The notes under the pieces: model-generated
Database searches by the model: none
What the model saw: only the letters and a program-made list of their open reading frames with translations
Told to the model about the DNA's origin: nothing
NCBI GenBank assembly: GCA_008632985.1
Contig: QPGO01000011.1
Coordinates: forward strand, 744,001 to 808,000
Source of the DNA: Psammoneis japonica
Taxonomy: Eukaryota
Direction: 5' to 3'
Length of the DNA: 64,000 nt
Part shown: piece after piece, positions 1 to 12,559 of the stretch
Layout: each line of letters opens with the position of its first letter
Numbering within the stretch: position 1 is the stretch's first letter
Translations under genes and position numbers: made by a program

Positions 1-1329
1 CAAGGGCATGTGTAACCACACCGACGACGACTCGACGCGTCGTTCCAGGGCGAGTCCCACCCAGTTGTCATTGTTCTCCGAGTGATGCATTCGTGGGAGT
101 TCCACTTGGTCCAAGAGCGTGGCTTGCGAGAAATCCCACGCTTCCAGCATGGTGGGACGCAACAGGTACGTGACGCCTTCCAAGTGGTCCATGGCCACAA
201 TGGGGTCCTCCTCCCGTGATGATGGCTCATCACTGCCATGATTCAAAACCTTCATGTTGAGACTGCCAATACGAACAAGCGACGACGTTGCTGTTCCTTC
301 TTGAGCAACGCGGTAGGTGTGCATCGTCCCATCCAAATAGAGGTAGAGTTTTCCGTCCGAAAACATGATGCTTCCTGCTGGGTTCGTCGTCGTCGTGGTG
401 GAGGATGATTCCTGAAGAATAACATGGCGCGACACCAGTTCGTCTTGATGGAATTCCAAGAGTTCCGTCCGGGCCGGACCCGTGGAAAGCGCAAAGAGAC
501 GATCGCCCACCATGGTTGTGGACTGGATTTCGACATTGGGGATTTCCGAGAGCAGCATGCGGGGTGCGTCGTCGTCTAATTGGTGATGCGAAATCAAGGC
601 TTGTGGCGTGGCCACAATCAAGTCCTGGTTGTTGGGATCCAGGACAATGTCACGAGGTTGATACTCCAACAGATTGAGGCCCTGGAGCGAATGGCGCATA
701 CACAGTCCCTCGCGTTCCACCAGTGCCTCGGGTGCGTGTTGCGCCACCGGTGGTACCTCGGGCCAGGAGGGTCGTAGGTGTTGTGCCGGCCTCAAGACAC
801 GACGATCGTCGTCCTTGTTCTTCTTGCCTTCGCCGTCACCCCAGGGCATGAATTCACTGCCCTTGACGGCATCGGCAAACACAATCGCCACGCCAATGCC
901 TACTCCCACGGCCAAAACGGTCGGCCCGATAAAATCCAAATACCCATACGCCTCTCCGGCCCGTAACAGGCGAACACGACGAAAGTAGACATAGGCCGCG
1001 TAGCAGACCAACACCAAGGACGCAAAGGCAATGACACTCGACGTGCCGTTGTAACTGCCACTGCCCATCATGATACTCGATACTGTCAACAAGAGCAGGG
1101 ACGCACTGATCCACTGGATAAAGGTCCGTTCGTTGGCAAAGTACGTTTTGGGTTCCACCTGGACGGGCTCTTTTGAGGAAAAGTCGCCGCTGACGGTGCC
1201 CGTGCTCTCTCTCGACAGGAGAGCGGGAGAAGATTTCTTGTTCTTGTGGGCAAGCGCGATTTCAGTTGATTCACGGCTTTCATCATCTTGTTGGCGGCGG
1301 TTGTGTTGAGACTCGAGTTCGAACGACAT
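1..1329 (-). CDS. VTC1-like (DUF202, 3-TM) vacuolar transporter chaperone subunit with a long C-terminal extension; 3' end runs off the window
   Basis: Absent from the ORF track because it is open at the edge. Manual translation from ATG at 1329 (in-frame TGA just upstream at 1342-1344) gives MSFELESQ...VEPKTYFANERTFIQWISASLLLLTV, the DUF202/Vtc1 motif. Three hydrophobic segments follow, then a region homologous to the C-terminus of the + strand gene (VGDRLFA, LNMKVL, EGVTYLLR, LEAWD, WVGLALER). Confidence 0.85.
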   Translation of the reverse strand, partial: MSFELESQHNRRQQDDESRESTEIALAHKNKKSSPALLSRESTGTVSGDFSSKEPVQVEPKTYFANERTFIQWISASLLLLTVSSIMMGSGSYNGTSSVIAFASLVLVCYAAYVYFRRVRLLRAGEAYGYLDFIGPTVLAVGVGIGVAIVFADAVKGSEFMPWGDGEGKKNKDDDRRVLRPAQHLRPSWPEVPPVAQHAPEALVEREGLCMRHSLQGLNLLEYQPRDIVLDPNNQDLIVATPQALISHHQLDDDAPRMLLSEIPNVEIQSTTMVGDRLFALSTGPARTELLEFHQDELVSRHVILQESSSTTTTTNPAGSIMFSDGKLYLYLDGTMHTYRVAQEGTATSSLVRIGSLNMKVLNHGSDEPSSREEDPIVAMDHLEGVTYLLRPTMLEAWDFSQATLLDQVELPRMHHSENNDNWVGLALERRVESSSVWLHMPL

Positions 1330-1883
1330 GATACTACTCGATCAGCAGGATTATTATTTGTGAGACTAACGCTCTTTGCAGGCCTTTTCGATATGTGAGG
1401 CGAGTGAAAAGTGATGTTTAGTGTGGTGTGAACGAATGAAGAATGAACCATGCTGCCGCCGCATGCATTCGATCTCTGCGGTTCGTTGTTCGGCGTGTTT
1501 GAGATTGTTCTTGATAGCATGCCAATGCGTTGGGTGATGTCATCCGACCAAACGAACACTGACGTGGCGAAGAATGAAATGACGACTGTAGATTCTACGT
1601 AGAACTTTCAGTATTATAGAGCAAAACGGTTATCATGACGTGGTTTACCGTTAAACGTGATGCGTTACGATCAAGTAGAATGTACTCTTTTTCGATAGTC
1701 ATAATTGGATGAGTTTCGAATTCAACGGAAAAAGGGCCTTTTCCTGAAAAAATGGATCGAATTTTGAGATTAATAAGTAGGGCTTCAGAGTGATGTGAGA
1801 GCTGAGAGAACTCGACAACAACAACACAACCTTTGCATGCATTCTTCACATTCATCAATAATGAGGAGCTCAGCGAATACTAA
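1330..1883. promoter_or_regulatory. Putative bidirectional promoter between the two divergent VTC genes
   Basis: 554-bp interval between divergent ATGs. TGACGTGG occurs at 1560-1567 and 1636-1643, with other ACGT cores nearby. Confidence 0.5.
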
Positions 1884-4800
1884 ATGAGCAACAATGCCAA
1901 CTATGTGGCCTCCCTCCAGGCCAACCGGGTGCAACAAGAAATGTTGCGAAACGTCCTCCGAAACAACAACAGCAATGCCTTTGCATCGGCGTTTCAGGAT
2001 GAACTCCGCCGAATCACGGGGTTCCTAAGGAGGCAACAAGAAGATCTGGAGCGTTCCGCCAAGGCGACGTTTCTGCGAGCCAATACAATGACGAGCCAAC
2101 CTTCACCCACTATCCAACAAGGTGATTTGCACCAACTCCAACGAAGCACAAACAAAACGGTCGAGGATTGTCTAACGCTTCAAGATTTCCTTACAGACAG
2201 TCGAAAGACTCTATTGGAGATTGCCAGCAAGGTGGTGGATGACCAAAAAGTGACTGTCCATTGTTCCTCGTTGGTGAAGGAACACCTGCGGCCTCACCTC
2301 AACTCTTCGTTGGTTTGTGTTGTGAGTGATATCTACCAAGCCCTTCGATTGGCCCAAGAACAGATTCAAAACAATGCCGGAGCGACGGGTGAAACGCTCT
2401 GGGAGGCACCCTCCTCCTTCAAACGGACCACCACGAAATACTGGGTGACGGATGAACGCTTGACCAAGTTGATGATGGTGTGTGCCATGGAAGCTCCGTT
2501 GCTTGTTTATGGCAAGAAGGGACCCTTGACCTCCACCAACCCGAGGGAGTCGAAGCTATCGGAGGGAGACAAGCTGTGGGACACGCTGGCGACACGAATT
2601 ACCTCCATCTACTTTGATTCGGATGACATGAGTCTCTACCGAGAGCGATTGAAACGGGCCGAAGGTGCCCAGCTCCTCCGAGCCCGCTGGTATGGGACGA
2701 CCATGCCCACGGGTGACGGGGTCATTTTTTTGGAACTCAAGACACACCACGAAAAATGGGTGGCGCAAAAGAGCGTCAAGGAACGAGCCACAGTGTTGGA
2801 ACGAGACATGGTGGAGTTTCTTCGACCCATCCCATGGACCAGGGAGGATGCGGACCAAATGATCTTGCGCGCCCAGCCAAACATTAATGCAGAAAAGCTT
2901 GCCAAGCAAACTGGTCTGTTGCTCCGTATGCACAGTCTAGTGGTGCAACACAAGCTTAACGCTTGTGTGCGAAGTGTATATGATCGGGCTGCCTTTCAAT
3001 CGGCCAAAAGCAATGGTACGTATTCGATTTAATGTGGGTGTTGCTTGCTCTGCTGATTCACCCTACTTTAGCCATTGGAAAGTTCGTTAACGTTTGAATG
3101 TTTTTGTTTTCTTCTTTTTATCGTATGCACACAGATTTGCGACTTACCCTCGATCGAAACGTGACACTTGTCGACGAACGAGTGCAGCAACCAAGGACTG
3201 GGCGTGAGTGGTGTCTCACCGATTCGGAAGCACAAACGGCCCGTGCCAGCGTTGTTCCCTTCAATGTTTTTGAAGTCAAACTTGCAGGTGATGACCCCAT
3301 GCCCACCGGACTGGCGGACGCTGAGAGTGATTCCACCATTGTGCTGGCAACGAAATTCTCCAAGTTTCTTACCGGCGCAGCGGCATTCAATACCGTGCCC
3401 GTGCTTCCGTATTGGGCCGCACACCCCGCGTTCTATTCCTTCTTTGAACTCGACAAGCGAGGTGGTTCGTCATGGACGGCGGCTGCCAATGATGCCAATC
3501 AAGGAGACTACAGCTTGATGGACTCTTTGGACGAGATACCTTCTGGTACCCATCGCATTCCAGCAGGGATTGCGATTGCCCCCAGGAATCCGGCTCGCAT
3601 TGAACCAAAGACGTACTTTGCAAACGAAAGAACCTTTGTTCAATGGATCAGTGCTTCCATTTTGTTGCTTACCGTTGCCGGTTTCATGTTGGAAGCCGGA
3701 GCTGTCGGCGACTTTCAGACAACTTCGGCTGTCCTGGCGCTCGCGGCTTTTGCTCTCGTTGTGTACTCCACTCGCCTATACTTTATAAGGCTGAATCTCC
3801 TCAAGATCCGTCACCCCTATGGCTACTTTAACAAAGTGAACCCAATCTTTCTGACTGTAGTTGTTGGATTGGCCATATTCCTGGTTTGGGCAGACTCGGT
3901 CAAGGGAAGTGAGTTTCTGGACTTTGGCTTTTTCTCTTTTTCGGAACGAGAAGGAAGTTATCGGAGATTTCTGCGATCTCGAATCCTACAAAATGAGTAC
4001 GAAAAGTGTCCTCATGGAGTTCTCGGAACAAAACTGGGGATTCAAGAGAACCCAAGCTCTCTCCTGGTGGATCTTGAGAGGCATTCATTCCTCATGACAT
4101 CGGGTGAATCCGTTTACATTCAGCCAATGAATGGCAATGGATCTCCTTCTCCCAAGAGTGCTATTTCCCTCATTCGAATCAATCACTCTCATCTGCAGAG
4201 CCTAGAAGTTGTCGGCGACCGTCTTTTTGCGGTTTCGGATGGTCCCGAACGTACCGAGCTGATTGAAATGGCTTGGTGGGGAGCTCAGCACAGGAACGAA
4301 CGGCTGCAGATTGTTGGAAGGTGGACACTTCAAGACAGCAGAAGCCACGTTGATGGCTTTACGTTTGTGCCATACACTGATTCGACTTTGACGAGCGGTA
4401 GCTTCTTCATCCACATGAATTCTTCGGTTCACGTCTATTCGTTGCCGGGCAGACGCGACCGGGAAGACCCGGGAGAATCTGCCCGTCCAATCAGGCTGAA
4501 AATACTCAACATGAAAGTTCTCGCTCAAGGAATGACCGACGAGAGCACCGGAATCTATGAACAGCCCTCGACAATGACTACCTTTGAGGGTATCACATAC
4601 ATTTTGAGATCCGAGCAAAATGCATTAGAGGCTTGGAATCTGACGGACGGTACACTCTTCTCAGAGATTAAACTACCAGTAGCCGAAGAAGATAATGCCA
4701 TGATGAAGTGGACAGGCTTTGCACTCGAGCGAAAAATTGCAACCCGTGCCGAGACGTCAACGATTCGTGGTGGCGAAATGGAGACGACTCCACTATCGGG

Positions 4801-4912
4801 TGCGTTGTCCCTCCATTTAATGACAGACGGAGTCATTTGGACTCTCCCGGTTCGTGAAAACGAAACTGCCAATGGGCTTTTCTCCACCCCATTATGTCAA
4901 ATGAATGAATGA
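1884..4912 (+). CDS. VTC-domain polyphosphate polymerase (Vtc4-like): degenerate SPX-like N-terminus + VTC catalytic domain + DUF202 TMs + C-terminal extension; intron 3016-3134
   Basis: Motifs FKRTTTKYWV, ITSIYFD, LLRARWYG, IFLELKTH, SVKER, RAAFQ, LRLTLD, FEVKL, KFSKFLTG, EPKTYFANERTF. A GT(3016)..AG(3134) intron joins ORFs 1884..3032 and 3098..4912 in frame (KSN-D-LRLTLD). Confidence 0.9.
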
Positions 4913-5229
4913 ATTGAGGAGTTCTCTGTACAGTACAAAAATGTTGCAGCCGCTTATATCCATGTACAGCTTGGTTGCAGTCACTCGTTTAGTAGGATAG
5001 TGAGCTTTATTTAGTCTCCAGTTTGTTTCTTACTCTAGAGAATAACTACTCGGACTGAAGCAATTGGAGTTTTGTTGCAGCAACGATGCACGCTGCTCTT
5101 CTTACAGCTGCTCAAATTGTGAGGAAACACCAAAGTTGGACCTGTGGCGAAACCAATGACTAACGTTCACCTGACGTCATTCTATCCCTCAAAACACTCC
5201 CCTTGAGCCAGACTGCCCAGTTCTAGACT

Positions 5230-5760
5230 GGGCTCTAGCCAGATTGCACTTTTCAGCCAAATGTGCCACAATGATCCATTGCTCAACCAAGCAGTTTGGT
5301 CCCAGCCAGCAGACCTGCACCCACTTCAAACAAATAAAGTGGTTCAGCACCAGTTCCTGCTCCAGTTTCACAAAGAAAAGAAGGCCAACAGGTCTTGCAA
5401 TGCTGTCCAGAGACCAACTCCACCCCAGCACCAACAACTTCTGTCATTGAGGAGCGAACCAGGAGGCAGAAGACATGCAGTGGAGGAGGATCTCTTCTCC
5501 CCCTTTATCCAGGAGAACCTTTGTGAGCAGATGCAATTCATCATCATGTGCACTCGAATGATCGACATGATGCCACTCGTCCCGGGCAGATTCCTTCCAC
5601 GAAACTTCTTCCACCAGTCGGGCGCTGCCAACAACAAGAAGGAGAAAACTGCCTGTGTCTGTGGCATCACGACCAACTGCCATGACTGAGCTTGGCAGTG
5701 ATGATGACAGCAACCAAGACAACCAGACCAACCATGATGACGAGGATTGGACCACTCTCT
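5230..5760. other. Small TpA-depleted degenerate island
   Basis: Almost no TA over ~500 bp, with TA-rich flanks. Overlapping C/H/Q/W-rich ORFs show no recognisable motifs. Confidence 0.5.
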
Positions 5761-6193
5761 AGCTAGAAGCTCCCCATCCCTTGGTCTTTTGACCCGACGC
5801 GCGCTTGTCGCTTGGTCCCCACAAGTCCTAGAGTCCAACTCTGCCAACTCCATGCAAGGATCTTGTAATTATGTTTTTATCTATGAATGTAGGACAACAT
5901 GTTACGTATGTTTTGTAGGTATGCTTCTACGTCGGTATGTTTCGTTTGATTCAACAAAAAGTGCTGCCAGAAGATTTGCTCACCCCAACATTCGATAATG
6001 TTCGTTCACGAAGTAAAATCAATGCAATTCCAAAAAAGTGACGCCAGGAGCCGAGAACGAGCGGAACGACACTACGAAGACACACGGAACATTTCTGTTT
6101 GACGGCACCAAACAGCTGCAGCTGTGTTTAATCCGAAGGCAGCTAATCACCAGTCAATCTCTTTTATCCAGAAACTCTCTTGTTGTTTAGACC

Positions 6194-7090
6194 ATGCCTT
6201 ACCATCTTGCTGATGCGAGAGCTGATTCTCACGAGTTTCTGGAGCCAGCGTACCTTCGTGGCCCGAAAGAAATCGGATGTGCTCTCACCGCTTCGCTTCT
6301 CGTGAGTCCTCTGGTTTCCATGATGGATAAGGCCATGGTTCAGCCCATCACGGGAGCTGCACAGTTCATGAAGGCCATTGGCGTTGCCAGTAACGAAATG
6401 GTGACTCAACCAAAGACCTTTTTTGGTGGCCTCTCGTTTCGTCTGACAGCCATTGTCTACTTTGGTACGTATGCCGCTGCCAATTTGAGCGAACTCGCTC
6501 TGGACGTGTACAAGATTCGAGCGGAAAAGAAACGAAAGCAAATCAAGGTGGGCAACGCGTCGGTTGCTAATATCGGTTTGTTGGCGTGGAGGGATTCGAT
6601 CTTTGCTCGAGAATTCAGTGGCGGAGCCGTCAAGCCCAAGAAAACGCCCATTCGCACCATTGGCTTGTTTGCGGCGCGTGATTGCGCCACCATGATTGCA
6701 ACTTTTTATGTTGCTCCCAAGACGGGAAATTATCTCATCAAGGAACACGAAGTCAACAAGCACGTGGCCGAGGTGTCTACCGCCCTGGTTATCCCCGTGA
6801 TTGCGCAGATTTTGACAGCGCCCATTCATATTCACGCTCTTGACTTTTACAGTCGTCCCGTCGCCACCACGGCAGAGCGGATTCAGACAATCAAGGACGA
6901 GTTTGGAAAGATCTCCTTTGCTCGTGGTCTTCGTATTTTGCCAGCTTTTGGTATTGGATCCTACTCCAACAACAAGCTGCGCGAGTCCTTTATTCGTCAG
7001 CCAAACGAGGACCTCTTGCTCAGTCGCAAGGTTACCAAGCTTGTTCAGAGACAAACTGCGGTTATCAGGAGAATGACCAGACGCGAGTAA
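6194..7090 (+). CDS. Membrane protein of unknown function, possibly a divergent mitochondrial-carrier-like protein
   Basis: 298-aa ORF with several hydrophobic helices and carrier-like Pro motifs (PLVSMMDK, APIHIHALDFYSRP, RILPAFGIG); normal codon composition. Confidence 0.65.
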   Translation: MPYHLADARADSHEFLEPAYLRGPKEIGCALTASLLVSPLVSMMDKAMVQPITGAAQFMKAIGVASNEMVTQPKTFFGGLSFRLTAIVYFGTYAAANLSELALDVYKIRAEKKRKQIKVGNASVANIGLLAWRDSIFAREFSGGAVKPKKTPIRTIGLFAARDCATMIATFYVAPKTGNYLIKEHEVNKHVAEVSTALVIPVIAQILTAPIHIHALDFYSRPVATTAERIQTIKDEFGKISFARGLRILPAFGIGSYSNNKLRESFIRQPNEDLLLSRKVTKLVQRQTAVIRRMTRRE

Positions 7091-7634
7091 ACAGTGTTTG
7101 GTGGGAGTTTCATTTTAGTATGTAGGAATAGTGAGTATATAGTCTAGGAGTTCAACTTTAAGTCTAGCGATCATGATTTTGAAGAGTATGAGTGACGTTG
7201 TGGTTTCATCCGTACGTTCCACTCTGTCGGCGCATGAATAAGGAGTATTGAACAGAGAAGAGAAGCATATCGAGGAAGTTCGTTGCGTTTAGGTTTTCAC
7301 CATCGTTACTTTGTTCCTGTGTTTCATCGAACATTCAGATTTGAGCGGGAAGATTATTCCCCCTGGGCGAGAAAACAAAAATTGAAAAATTGGCTGGAAA
7401 GTGACGTTTGCCGTCCTTCCTTTTCGCGTTTCACGCGCACACGGCACGCGCGCTCAAAACAACGTCTGGCCGCTCCCCGAAGCGCCCATAAAGTCCTCAG
7501 TTTCGCGATTTTCGTTTCACTTCGCCGTTGCTGTGTCCATGACCGACACGGACCGCTCTTTTTCAGACGTAAACAAGCTCCCTTTGCATTGCAAGGCACA
7601 TAATATCCCTTATATCCTATCATAGTCTCTCACC

Positions 7635-9427
7635 ATGTCGACTGATAACGAAGAACGACCAGAGGAAGACCGTCTGAATGAAGAAGACATGGAGCGTCTC
7701 ATGATGGAGCAGGAAATGCAGCAAGAAGAAGAGGCCCTGCTTGCCGAGCAAGAGCCCGATAATATTCCGTCGATGCTCCCCCAGAAGACGAACAGCAACA
7801 ACAAGTGCCACAGCAACCAAAGCGTCGGAAGTTTCCATACACGAGCGCGTCGTTTGGTGCAGCCGTCGCGTGTGTCTGGTATGCTCTGCGCACACGCGAG
7901 CAGTGGTTCCTCGCCATGGTGTACTTGAGTTCGTCCAAGTGGGCCTATGTCGTCTTGGGCAATGCTGTTATTGCCCTTTGTACGTGGTCCTTTCACTTTA
8001 TTACCACTCTCTTTATTGACGGCCTCCGTGCCAATGAAGCAGAGGGACTTTCGGATTTCTTTCGTTGGAACGTGACCGAGACGTGTCTAGCTCTCACCAT
8101 GTTTCGATCGCAAATTACCGTAAAGACAGTGGCGCTATTTCTAGTGTTGGTTCTCGCCAAATGTCTTCATTGGATTGTAGAAACACGCCGACAGCACTTT
8201 TGCATGACAGAAGAAGCCGTCGTGCCCAACCCTTCGAGAACCAGTTGGCCCGCGATTCAATCACAGTTTGTGGGAATCTTTTTCTTTTTGCAGTTCCTCC
8301 TCATGGCAGACGTGGTTGCCATTGCTCAGTGCGCTCTAGACATAACCAAGAACGGAGCCTCCGTGTCGGTCTTTTTTGGCTTTGAGTCGGCCATTATGTT
8401 TGTCGCCGCCATGAGCAATCTGCTTCTGGCAAGCTTGCATTTTATCGATGGCTTGGTTCATTGGGCTCACGAGCACAGCTTGGCTGGCACGCGTTATCAC
8501 GCCTTGGCACATTCTGCACTACATGCGTGGAAGGATCACAAGGCTACCTTTACGTTTGCTGTTGAAGTGCAAGCGCAGGCTGCCAAGTTTTTCTTTTATA
8601 TCATGTTCTTTGGCATTGTCTTGAGCCAACATGGCATGCCCATTAACCTGTTTCGGGAAGTGTACATGAGTTTTCAGCAGCTACGTCAACGCCTCTTGGC
8701 CTTTGCCAAGTATAGGCGTTTGATGCAGTCCATGAACCGATTCGATTCAGTCGAGAGTGAAGAGGAGCTCGAAGAGGCTGGCCGGGTCTGCATCATTTGT
8801 AGGGATGCCATGACTCTAAGCGACTGCAAAAAGTTGCCGGGGTGTAATCACATCTTTCACAAGTCGTGTCTACGCGAATGGCTGATTCATCAGCAAACCT
8901 GTCCAACCTGCCGTAGTGACATTACGGTCACAGAAGCTCGCGTCCGGCGTGCTGAAGCGGACGCTGCCGCGCAACAACAAGAGCAAGACGCGGCAGAGCA
9001 ACCGCAAGGCGAACAAGGGGAGACGGAACAAGTGGCCGAGCCACAGCAAGCCGATACGCAACAGACGGAGAATGCTACAGAACCTGTCCCGGAAGAAGCA
9101 CCCGCAGCTTCTGCTCCTCCCGCACCAGCAGCAGCCGCCTCCGTATACAGGTCCCCAGAAGAAGACCCTTCCATTCCCAAGTTGTTCTTTCCGTGTCTGT
9201 ACAAGGTATCCGCTACGGATGGTGCCTACATTTTGAAAAAGCAGAGGACCGGAGGAATGGCTGGAAAGCGGAAACTTCCGCACGGTACGGTAGTTCTGGT
9301 CACTTCCATGGAATTGGTGAGAAGTGTGGATTGGAATGGCACGATTTTGAAAGTTCCAGATGGGTATGTCCTCGACGATTCCGTTGAGCGAATTCCGATA
9401 CCACTTCCGTTGAAAGAGTCTAGCTAG
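7635..9427 (+). CDS. HRD1/synoviolin-like ERAD E3 ubiquitin ligase (one apparent 1-bp frameshift near 7768)
   Basis: Multi-TM N-terminal region (ETCLALTMFR, LAKCLHW, FGFES, MPINLFR) and RING-H2 CIICRDAM..KKLPGCNHIFHKSCLREWL..QQTCPTCR. The acidic N-terminus from ATG 7635 joins if one C is added in 'attccgtc'. Confidence 0.88.
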
Positions 9428-9741
9428 CAGGAGGAGCAAAGTAGTATGAGTATCATCATGTCCGACGCTTGAGTATCACAGGGGGGGGCTACGTTTGGCA
9501 GTTTCAGTTCCTTCAATTTTCGTACGGTAGCTACAGAAGTTTGAAATAGGAGCTTTAGACTAACAGGTGCCTATAATGCAGCGTATTGTTCAATATCCTT
9601 CTTCACTACGTGAGATAAAAGTTGCTCGAATAGACTGTAGAGTAGAGAGTAGACTAGATAGATAAATAAGACTGCGACTATCGGGAAAAGCACACTCTCC
9701 TAAATCTATTATTTCGAAATGGGCCTGCCGCCTCATCCATC

Positions 9742-10908
9742 ATGCCTCGATCATCGCCCTTTCGAAAAACAAAAAACGAAGACAACGATGATACAATGAT
9801 TGTCATGAGCGGTGACAACGACGGATCTGCTGGCAGATCAAACAGCACAAAGCTGGCTCGTGCTCCGTGGGGAACGTCGCTCATAAACAAGCTGTACCTT
9901 CTGTCTCCTTGGACTTGGGCCAGTGCGCTTGAATTCATGGCCATGCCCGCTTTTTCGCCTCCGTTGGATATCAGTGCCTTAGCTCAAGGTTTTCGACACC
10001 TCTTAACCCCAATGGTGATTCTATTGCTGATTACGAATCGTTACAATGCTGTTGTATCATCTGAAGAGAGAATAAATAATTCAAGAATATTCTTGTCTAC
10101 ACTCGCATCACCGTGGAGCTTCAGTAGCGTCATCCGCGAGATAGCACCGCAGTTGCACAAAGTCACGTCACTGTGCCAGAACTACAAAAGGTTGAGAGCC
10201 CCGCCGTTGGATGACGCCTTAAGAACTTTACAGAGTCGCATAATCCTGGGTCGGGCTTATCGAACAAGACGCTACGATGTGTATTTGCCAAAAGATATCA
10301 ACTCTGGAGACAGCACGGGCTTCCTCCTCTTGCCTGGAGCGTATGTGTCTCACGAGGCGTACGCAGATGTAGCTGCACAATTATCAGACCATGGTATTGT
10401 TGTAGTGGTGGTTTCCGCCGAGCCTTTTCGAATAGCGCTCATGCTGCACCCAAAGGATTTGAAACAAATAACAAGAAGAGTAGACAGGTCTTTGCCGACA
10501 CCAGTCCGAGAATGGAATCTCGGTGGACACTCGCTTGGAGGATATGCCGCTATGAAATTTGTACCGCATTTGAAGCCATCCAAGCTTGTACTATGGGCTG
10601 CTGGACATTTAGAAGCATACAGAACCGATATTAGTCGAGAGGAAGGCTGTAACGTGTTGCTGATGGAGGCTTCGCGTGATGACTTTTGCGTTTTTACGGA
10701 CCAAGGTCGACGAGACTTTCTCAATCAGTTGCCAAACAAAGACAACGTCAGAACCAAAATAATTAAGGGTGGTGTTCACGCTGGTTTTGCATCCTATACT
10801 CCGCTGTTTGCTCCTCGCTTTGATGCGCAAATATCAAGAAGTCGACAACAGCAACTTGCGTGTTCGGAGACTGCCGAGTTTCTGAAATACTCGTACGGTG
10901 TTGATTGA
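9742..10908 (+). CDS. Alpha/beta hydrolase (Abhydrolase_5-like)
   Basis: LLPGAYV oxyanion loop, GGHSLGG nucleophile elbow, GGVHAGF catalytic His motif. Confidence 0.8.
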   Translation: MPRSSPFRKTKNEDNDDTMIVMSGDNDGSAGRSNSTKLARAPWGTSLINKLYLLSPWTWASALEFMAMPAFSPPLDISALAQGFRHLLTPMVILLLITNRYNAVVSSEERINNSRIFLSTLASPWSFSSVIREIAPQLHKVTSLCQNYKRLRAPPLDDALRTLQSRIILGRAYRTRRYDVYLPKDINSGDSTGFLLLPGAYVSHEAYADVAAQLSDHGIVVVVVSAEPFRIALMLHPKDLKQITRRVDRSLPTPVREWNLGGHSLGGYAAMKFVPHLKPSKLVLWAAGHLEAYRTDISREEGCNVLLMEASRDDFCVFTDQGRRDFLNQLPNKDNVRTKIIKGGVHAGFASYTPLFAPRFDAQISRSRQQQLACSETAEFLKYSYGVD

Positions 10909-11071
10909 ACGATCGATAATCTCTACTAAAGCATGAGCAACTCTATCCTTTAAAGAGCTCTCTATTGAGCGATATACTGAATTGGAACAATTCTCTCACG
11001 CCTCATGCCGTGATTCAACCCCTACCCTCGATCATAACCCCAAATGTGATCGTCGAGTTCTAATCATCGCT

Positions 11072-12309
11072 TCAGCATAGCTTACGAATGTCATGAATAA
11101 AGTTTGAAGCAGCACTGAGACCCATCTTCTTCGCAATCATCATTGGAACCATGGGTGAGCAAATGTGGCTCACAGTGATAATGATGCATCGACTGTCGTC
11201 CCCGCTGATTTTTCTGATTACATTGACTCCCAACAGGATTTCACTTCTGAGAATGTTGGAATCAACCGGACCCGACTCTGATGCTTGGGTCACCGCACGA
11301 GTGACAATCAGATACCCTGAGTTATTTTCTAATTCTTGCGCATGTAATAGACTGACAAATCGCATGACCTTTCTAAGCAGAGGAGGTTTGCTTTCACTTT
11401 GAACGACTTTGGTAATGCCACGGCCAAAAGGCCCATCTCTCGCCATGGTGTCCTGCAATATCAGTAGATCCTTCCTACCCAGGCTCATTTTGTTGTATTC
11501 CTGTACACGCGTACTGTCAACAAGCAGCTCCATGAGCGCTTTGGCATTCATGTTGATGATGCCAAACGCACGAACCACCGGAAGGTCACCTCCGTAGTAG
11601 CCGTGATTAAAGGAGCCATACCAAATCAATACTTCCTGTTCCGCGGCAGAGTCTCTCGCAGGAAGACACATTTGCCCTGTTGACTCATCCCAGACACAAC
11701 TTGGCCAATTTATCTGCGTGTGTGTCCGTAGCAGCTTCTCTGTCTTCTTCTCTGGAGTCCACATTGACCGATCCATGGCTGATTTGAGGCCCATTTCAGC
11801 GAGTGCCTCAACCGCAGACGGAGCAACCGGTGAATGCGAGCCCACGCCATTGTCTAGAGCTACCCAGGCTTCGTTGGATTCGCGGTCCATTCCAGGCGGT
11901 GGATTCGCCGAAGGATGGTGGTAGTTTTCGTGGATTTCATCTTTATCATTGTGAAAGCTATGACTTTCTTCTGACAATCCAAGATCCGCCGATCGCATAA
12001 AGGAGCTGATGTGCCGCTCAAAGCGCACCGGGCGCCTGATTGAAAGTTTCTTTGTCAGTGCTTTGAGTGGGCTCTTTTTCTGCACTTTTTGTGAGATTTC
12101 TGCCCGGATAGAGAGTTGCTCGAAGGAGCAGTATCATCTGTATCAAAGGATGGGCACCTCTCCCGAGATGATCCGACTGGAAACGACACGGTTCGAATTG
12201 GTACCTCCAGCTCCTTTGACGCCAACAAGGAATCCGCGCTCTGGTGGAACGTTACTGGGCCTCCTCGAGGAAAGGATCCGTGCCCAAGGGACATGCATCG
12301 TGACGACAT
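11072..12309 (-). CDS. START/SRPBCC-like lipid-binding domain protein (apparent 1-bp frameshift in an A-run near 12087)
   Basis: C-terminal START-like pattern (VVRAFGIINMNAKALMELLVDSTRVQEYN...YLIVTRAV...RSEILLGVNVIR...SPMVPMMIA). The upstream ORF joins across the homopolymer. Confidence 0.65.
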
Positions 12310-12559
12310 GACTTTCCGCTTTGACAATGATTGGACCGCTAAACAGAAAGTCCACGAGACAGTAGAGATAAGAATAGTTTAGCGAGGAAAGTGCAAACGC
12401 ACCACACTGAAACTATCAAACGAAGCGGTGCAGAATATCAGAAAGATGGTCACCAGCGATGAACTGAAGAAGAATTTCGTTGCCTCTCTTACTTTCCATT
12501 CGACAATTGAAAAAAAACTAGTCCCAAAGAATGGATTCAAGCACAAGTCGCCCCACTGG

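Noticed and set aside
6164..7054. 296-aa minus-strand ORF
   Set aside because: Antisense shadow of the 6194..7090 gene; likewise other long antisense ORFs over real genes.
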